Assembly (NCBI RefSeq): GCF_009914755.1
Contig: NC_060942.1
Source: the human T2T-CHM13v2.0 reference genome, Homo sapiens
Length of the DNA stretch: 64,000 nucleotides
Direction: 5' to 3' (one strand)
Positions 56,428 to 64,000 of the stretch are shown here, one piece after another; the first letter of the stretch is position 1; every line of letters starts with the position of its first letter. The notes under the pieces are model-generated. The model did no database searches and had not been told where the DNA came from. It saw nothing but the letters and a program-made list of their open reading frames with translations. The position numbers and the translations under genes are program-made.

Positions 56428-56470
56428 AGAGAGAGAGAGGGAGAGAGGGGGGGGGGGGAGAGAGAGAGAA
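55672..56470. repeat. ~800 bp (GA)n/(GGGAGA)n polypurine tract
   Basis: only A and G on the + strand except C at 55681, 56037 and 56150. Confidence 0.98.
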
Positions 56471-56544
56471 CCCCACAACATGGAGGGGAGAAACACAGCC
56501 TGGAGACAGCTGGTTTTAAATCTTACCTCTGTAAACATTGATGA

Positions 56545-56665
56545 GGCCACGCTGACCATCAGTCTCCTTGTTGGTAAATGGAGATTAGAATCCATCCTTC
56601 TACAGTTGTTGTGAGGATTAAATAATAATTGGGACGTTTCTGGCACAGAGTAGGTACTCTTATTC
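56545..56665 (+). mobile_element. MIR SINE
   Basis: tcagtctccttgttggtaaatggagatta...gttgttgtgaggattaaata...tggcacagagtaggtactc. Confidence 0.72.
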
Positions 56666-57679
56666 CTGTGAATTCTGAAAACTGAGATGATTTGTGCTCA
56701 TGGATAAGCTACCAGATGGTATCACTTTGCACTTACTGTTTCTTTTAGATGCTTTCAACCTGCTATTAAACCTGTGCTGTTGCATCAAATTATCCATTCA
56801 CTGGCTTCAGGATAGTGAAGAGTTGGGCAAATAGGCTTCTGAGTTACCAGGAATGAAGCACAGGGCACCACGGGCAAGCCTGGACAGGATCCCTAACCCA
56901 GTCCTGGACGTTAGAGACAAAGTGAGGTCTAACAATTCCTTGACTCCCTTTCTATACCCTTAAAGATGTACCCAAGGTAATTTCTTTACATTCCATAGTG
57001 ATTGTTGGTTTTTCTTTTTTTAGTGATTTAAAAAAGGCAGAGGGTCTAAAAGAGCACAGCAGTGGTTCAGATTTTAGCTCAGAAATTGCTTGAGAAGATA
57101 ACCAATTGACCAATCCCTGTAACCAATCTATCTTCCTACAATAAATGGATCTTGATGAACCTTCCAAGAAGCCCTAAAAATGCCCGAGTCCTAATGAAAC
57201 CTAACCATTATTCACCTGTGAGAGTCATTCACTTAGGGTAGGCCAGCTGGGAGCTATTTATCATTTAAGACAAGGAGAAACACCTGTGTCATCGGTGTGC
57301 CCATGAGGCACCAAAGGTAATTAGGATGGCAGCTGCCCTTCCTGACCAGATGCAGCTCCTTTTATCCTTTCTTTTCTTGATCTCCTTATTCCTTATTTCT
57401 CTTCCTAGTTACGTGTCCTGTCTTTTTCTCTCCTTCCAGTCATCTGTGCCTAGAACCTGCAAACCATACCAAGAAGCATGAACCATGCTGTTAAATAGCT
57501 TTGACTTCTGTCTTGCAATATCATCACAGCCTTCCTCAATAAATACACAAGGAAAGCATTGGTGGGATGCCAAATAATAGAACAACAAGCACAGTGCAAA
57601 CCTGGGAGTGTCCCTCTAGTGAGAGAAAATGCAGATGGCCTGAGATTTGGTCCTACTGACCTGAAGAGCAAGCACACTA

Positions 57680-57815
57680 ACATTCAACATTCACTCAACA
57701 AGCATTTCATTAAGCATTCGTGCATCAAGTCTTTTCCATCAGACATGGATAATCATAGCCCACAATCTACTGGGGAGACATATAAAAAATAAGTCGTTAA
57801 AATGCAGTGTATTGA
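57680..57815 (-). mobile_element. L2 3' end fragment
   Basis: cattcaacattcactcaacaagcatttcattaagca...cacaatctactggggagaca. Confidence 0.6.
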
Positions 57816-57879
57816 TAACTGTCTAGTCTAACTAAATCCCTGCAGGGAAAAGGGGAGTGGATAGAGAGATAACCTGAAG

Positions 57880-58068
57880 CCTCTTCTTCAAAGTCACTCC
57901 CACTGATTTATTCTGTGGCCTTGGATAAGTCACTTAAAACTGTGCTCCTATAAAATGTGATCAATGACAACTAATTATAGCTGGGTTATGGGAATGACCA
58001 TGATAATCAACATGAAAATAATTTGAAGTATTTAGGAGGAAAGTGCTATATAAAAACAAGGTATTTTT
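57880..58068 (+). mobile_element. Ancient CORE-SINE (MIR3-like)
   Basis: tgtggccttggataagtcacttaa...aaagtgctatataaaaacaaggtatt. Confidence 0.55.
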
Positions 58069-59679
58069 TGCTGCTGTGTGGTCAATTTTCAAAGACTAAC
58101 TTCTCCATAAAATATGGGTGTATTCTTTATCTCTTGTTAGCAGATAGGTTCTCTCCCTCTTTTGCATGCTTACCTGCATCCGCTGCCCTTCACGTTGGCT
58201 GAGTTTTCCCGTCAGCACATAAGTGAGGGCCTCTTGTGGGCCCCACACTGGGAAGGCCCTGATAATAGGGCAGTGAGTGAAATACATGCAGTTTTAATCA
58301 AAGAAATGTCTCTTTCCAGCTATAAACAGAATGTCCTATTTCTGTATGTTGTGTTTTCTTTAGGGTTTTGTGATTTTCTTTGAAAATGTATGTTTGGGCC
58401 ATAGTGCTGAAGAGCCCAGAGTGTGAAGGCCAGGCAGGCCTGGGATTCACTTTCCTCTGGGTAAGAAACTGAAGGCAAATTGAGCTGAGCTGAGGGCTCG
58501 GGAACTGCACACATGGCTGCGGGTTGTGTTTTTGGGGAAGGGGTGCAGGCACAGCACAAATCACACCCCTGCAGGTGGGGCTAGAATTTCCCCTGAAAGA
58601 AATGGATGTTCCACTGGGAATCTTTCTGGGGAAAGCTGTGTCTTAGGACTGGAAATGGAGACTCAGGAGGTGGGGCTCGGAGTGGGATAAGGAGAAAAAC
58701 ATCCTCCTTGTTCTGCAGCTTGAGGGGCATGGGAGCGAGAGGCCGGAGAAGCAAGGCACACTCCTGGTGGGGCATAGGCCTGCGGGTGCAACCAGGGACA
58801 GCTGTTGATGGACCCGGGGCATGGGCCACGGCCAGCCTGTATAGGTCATTATATGTGATTCACTCGTTCAGCTGCCCCCAAATCCACAAATCTTATTACT
58901 TGTTGAGAGCCCATGGGAAATGAAGGGAAATGGTGTGTCCACCATTGGAGATAGATGAGCCAAGGGGAGGGCAGTGGTCTCCTGTAGAGGATGATTGTGC
59001 CCTGCTGAGTGGCAATTCCTTGAGGCCTCTTGGTAACAGGCCCAAGGGGAGGAGGTCATGGATGCAGAAAGACATGCAGAACCCATTCCACGCATGCCTG
59101 AGCCGGACCCAGAAAGCGATGGGGCGCTTTAATACAGGGCAAGCTAGCAACAGTTCATGCCATTGTAACTGAAATTGTACAGATAATAAGATATGTCCAA
59201 CAGGTTATGGTAAAAATTACCAGCAAGCCAATCTAATGTATCAAAAAATAAAAATTCGATGGTGTCTTTTTGTGCCCCAACAAAAGAGGTTTCTAGGAGG
59301 AACTGGACCTAATGATAAGATTTGAGAGGAGGAACGCCATGGACAGGTGTGAAGGGTTTCCAGAGAGGAAAGCAGGTGAGGCAGGGGCCCACCTGGAGCT
59401 TTCCATGGGCTGTGGTGTGGGGAGGTGGCAGGAGACCCAGGCGGCCCCAGCTGAGGAGAGATGGGGTTGAATATGCGACTCGGCACTAGCTTTTTAAAAT
59501 AAAGTGACTGATTTCCCTGCACTCGCTTCCTTGGGCTGTCTACCTGGGGATGGTGCAGTCCAAGTGGCTCAGTGTCTGGGGAATTTGATCTAAACAGAAA
59601 GCCCATCAGGAAAATTCGGCCTCTGCAGATAGTCCACTTATTTCTCATTAACAGGGGTTTGGGTTTGAATTATGTTGAT

Positions 59680-59820
59680 AATTGCCTCAACTCTCCACTT
59701 CATTTTGCCTGTAGACACTTACCCTCAGAGGGGTATTTTGAGGATAAATGAGATACAGGCAAAGTGCTTTGAACTCCTGAGATGAAAGGTAGCATATCAA
59801 TACAGGCCTTCTATTATTAA
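59680..59820 (+). mobile_element. Ancient CORE-SINE 3' part (MIR/MamSINE-like)
   Basis: ctcagaggggtattttgaggataaatgagata...aaagtgctttgaactcctgagatgaaagg...ctattatta. Confidence 0.5.
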
Positions 59821-61317
59821 GATGCTTCAAATTGCCAATACGTGTATATTTATAATACCCATTACAATCATGGGATATCTTTTCTCTCCTTTTTTATTTT
59901 TTATAAGAAGAAGGCAGGAAAATCTAATTTTTTTAACCACACTGCTTTTGTGCACTTAACATTAACCTTTCCTTCCAAATGTCATTAGCTGCTAATTAAG
60001 ATGTTGATTTGCAGATTGTATATCTTGCAATAGAAGTGATTTGTGAACGCTTACTAGGTGTTTATCAACCTACACCACTCATATTGGTTTAGCAAGAGCC
60101 TGGTGCATTTTAATTTACTGAGCAGTTTCCCAATTCTCCACTTACTTCTCCATGTGCATAATGAGAAAAAAAAATGATAAGAGAGGAAAAATGGGAAATA
60201 CTATAAATAGTTGCTAAAGAAAAATACCATAGGAAAGAGTTATGGCTCTAAGTAGGTACTAAAAGACTGAACAGATTGAATTTATTTTCTCTCTTTAATG
60301 GGATACTTTAAGGCATAAAATGTGCATGTCGGTTATGTGAGCAGGTGTGTACCTGTATGGATGTGTGCACGTACAAACTGATTATAGTCAGCAAAAGGAA
60401 AATGATGGACAGACTTTCTGAATTTTCTGCAATGCACATGCTTTTGTTTTCCAGGGTTGGCCTGTGCCTTTGCCATGCACCTATCTGTAAGATTTCACAA
60501 AGAACCTTCTTGCTTCTCAAATCACCCTTAAATCAAAGAAATACAAGAATCATTTAGTTCCTGCAAAGGATTCTGCAACATGGGGACATTTCCACAGGAC
60601 TTTTTAATATAATTTATGAATATTTGCTAGCAACATAATTGTCTTTTCTGCTGACATTTTCAAAGCAACACTGTGATTTGTTGGGTCTCTGGAGAGTCCA
60701 ACTACAAAACTGATAATTATATTAAATATACATAGACAATAAAGAGTGTGTTTACATAACTATGCCCATAAATATCTGATTGAACAGTCATTGTTCTCAA
60801 ACCCCTTTTAAGCAGCTCTCTAAGGATTCCAGTTCTAATGACATGATGGTTTAAAAGATGTTGCTCAGTCTTGTTCCATATTTAATTAACTTTCCTTTTT
60901 TAAACTTGTGATGGCAGAGACAATAACAAATAGCTCTGAAAAGAGAAAGCGCTTTGAAACATGAGTGAGGCCTTGTCAGGCTTTGTGCGGCACAGACAGG
61001 AGGAGATGGGCGTGTGAGCATCGCTGGCCTGGGACCTCCGGCCCTCCCCTGGGATTCTATTATGAGGCCATTCAGAGCTCTCTAATCCCGTACACCTTCT
61101 CTCGCACACATGCATCTGTGTATCCAGGCTTCGTGCACATGCTCTTGCATGTAAGCAGCTGCATCTCTAATGATTTCTTCCTCTGGAAACAAAAAGATGA
61201 AAGCAAATTGGAAAACCAGCAAGATCTGAGAAGCAGGAGGCAGAGGCAGGGTAGTGTAGTGGAAAGAACAGGGGGCTGGCCCTTGGCTCTAACCACTGCA
61301 TTTTAATCTTGGATAAG

Positions 61318-62145
<828 letters not shown>

Positions 62146-62194
62146 GTAAGTCAACTAATATTATCTGTTAATGAGGGAGGCAGTATGAAGTAGA

Positions 62195-63240
62195 TTTGTT
62201 CATCCAACAAATTAAGGTCTGGATGACACAATAGTAAATAAGATAAACTCAATCCCTGTCCTCAACAGAGCTTTCAGTATTAAGGGAGAGATAAGCATTA
62301 TCCAGAAAAAGTAAACACGGCTAATTTCCGCTGTGTGAAAGGCTACAGAAAGAAGTGTAAGCATGAGGAGAGTGTTTTACAAAGCAATCTGGCCTACCTG
62401 TAGGTGAAAGGGGCAGGAGCAGTCAAGGAAGGCTTCCCTGAGGAGGTGACATTAAAACAGAGACGTAAGAAATGACTTGGAGTTATTCAGGTCAAGTATG
62501 TGCAGAGGGTGGGCCTGGTGGAGGAGCTGATGAGGAACTTCCAGTAAGAGGGCATAGCCAATGCCCGCATTTAGGCTCGGAGTGTGGAGTGGAGGAACTG
62601 AGAAGTGCCTGGGGCTAGCATGTAGAGACAAGAAGAAGAAAGCTTTGCTATCTCATCTATTGAGCTAAGGGAGGCAGTGGGAAGTTAATGCTTACAGGCA
62701 TTAGCCAAAGGTCAGGCACTGCTCCATGAGGTTTATATGGAGCTGATTCCTGTAAGATAGATACTATCACAATCTTCATTTGTAGATCATAAAACTGAAA
62801 GTCAGAGAAGCTACATGACCTCCCCAAGGTAACCCATCTGGCAGAACCAGGACTCACACTAGAGTGTGCCCTCAATCACCGTGCAATCACTGTCCTGCTT
62901 CTCAGGCAGGATTGCGGGACCTGGACATTTAACCATTATTCTAAGGGCAATTGGGAGCCATAGAGGAATTTCAAACACTTTAGATGGAGTACTCTGGGTA
63001 ATTGATTGGAGACATCAGACCAGGGAGGAAGCAGTAACTCTCAGGTGAAACAATATCGGCCCAGTCTGCATGGCAACAGTATGGATGGGGAGAAATGGAG
63101 AGATTCAGTAAATATTGAGAGTCAAATCGACAAGTCTTGCTTATTGATGTGGGGTGAAGGACAGAAGGAGGTGTTAAAGATGATGCCCTTGCTTCCAGCC
63201 AGATCGTAATAGAAGGAGCCGTCAGTTTTATCCTTCTCAA
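62195..63240 (-). mobile_element. L2 element (~1 kb) interrupted by a MIR (~62700-62900)
   Basis: gtcaaggaaggcttccctgaggaggtgacatt...ttctaagggcaattgggagcca...gatggggagaaatggagagattc. Confidence 0.8.
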
Positions 63241-63499
63241 GCAAAGGGCTCATGTGAAGCTGCGGACGACAAATGTAAACATATGCTAAAACCCTAAAAC
63301 CAAGGAGGAGCTTCTTACATGAATAAGAAAATAAGCTAGGACTTACAGGTGTGAGTGGATTTCAACTTCTCAATGAAAATTCAGCAGAATTGCTCTGTGG
63401 CAGTCCTTCTGCAAGAGGCGAATCCTGCTCACCATCACTGCTATGATTCTGTGTTTGTGCTGAGCTCTTTCTAATTATCATCAATTATGATTCATTTAC

Positions 63500-63620
63500 T
63501 TTTAGGTGTCTTGCTTGTCATAATATTATCATTTGTAAGTCTTTCCCTTTGCAGGCTGTGAGAATCTGTTGTGACATCTCAATAAAGCAGTATTCAATCA
63601 AGGTGTGAATGAATTGTTAA
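63500..63620 (+). mobile_element. L2 3' end fragment
   Basis: tttgtaagtctttccc...caggctgtgag...cagtattcaatcaaggtgtgaatgaat. Confidence 0.5.
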
Positions 63621-64000
63621 TCTTGTTATAAATAGAAGGTACCATATGTCAGGATGCAAGGGATGTCTCCTTCTTTGTTGCAAACAATGTTCCTGAAACT
63701 AAACAAAAGAAGTTTCGGAAATAGCTGGTTCAGCTCACCAAGCTTCCAATTATATAATGGCCGACAAGTCTCCGAAGTGGATTCAGATTTCTGGTAGTCG
63801 TCTCCCCACTTATTTAGAATCATCATTTGAAAGAAAAAATTAGTGTCAGGTTTGGGTATCGGAACCCCAGGGATCTCCATTCCTCCTGATTTTGACTGTG
63901 GAGTTAGCCTTACAATTCTCTGTGTCTTCTAGAGGCACATCCGACGAGCCATTTGATCAAAATATCTTTTTCCTTCTTTACCTTTTCCCCATGGTGTGCG

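Noticed and set aside
55451-56646. Four long ORFs (305-368 aa; SL-repeat and ER/GR-repeat proteins)
   Set aside because: Stop-free translations of the GA/TC polypurine tract plus Alu sequence; no evidence of coding

Overview
Primate (very probably human) non-coding euchromatic DNA, not microbial. Much of the window is interspersed repeat: about 12 Alus, old L1 and L2 LINE fragments, MIRs, MaLR/ERVL LTRs and DNA-transposon MITEs, plus microsatellites. The only gene-derived sequence I can support is an intronless, near full-length processed copy of WBP2 on the minus strand (~37573-39411). From memory this is probably WBP2P1 on 18q11.2 near ZNF521; I have not verified that. Its 256-codon ORF runs intact from ATG to the cognate stop although it is about 25% diverged in amino acids. 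All apparent indels are in frame, two of three PPxY motifs are destroyed, a strong CTCF-like motif lies inside it, and an E-box/ETS/CACCC cluster lies 270-360 bp upstream. This is the best candidate for something undescribed, but expression cannot be shown from sequence. Other notable items are an ~800 bp almost pure polypurine tract at an Alu tail, a loop-deleted MADE1 (miR-548-type) hairpin, nested TE stacks and close inverted Alu pairs. Nearly all other ORFs in the track are repeat-derived or random. Repeat subfamily names and the WBP2 comparison rest on my recall of consensus and protein sequences; no database search was run.
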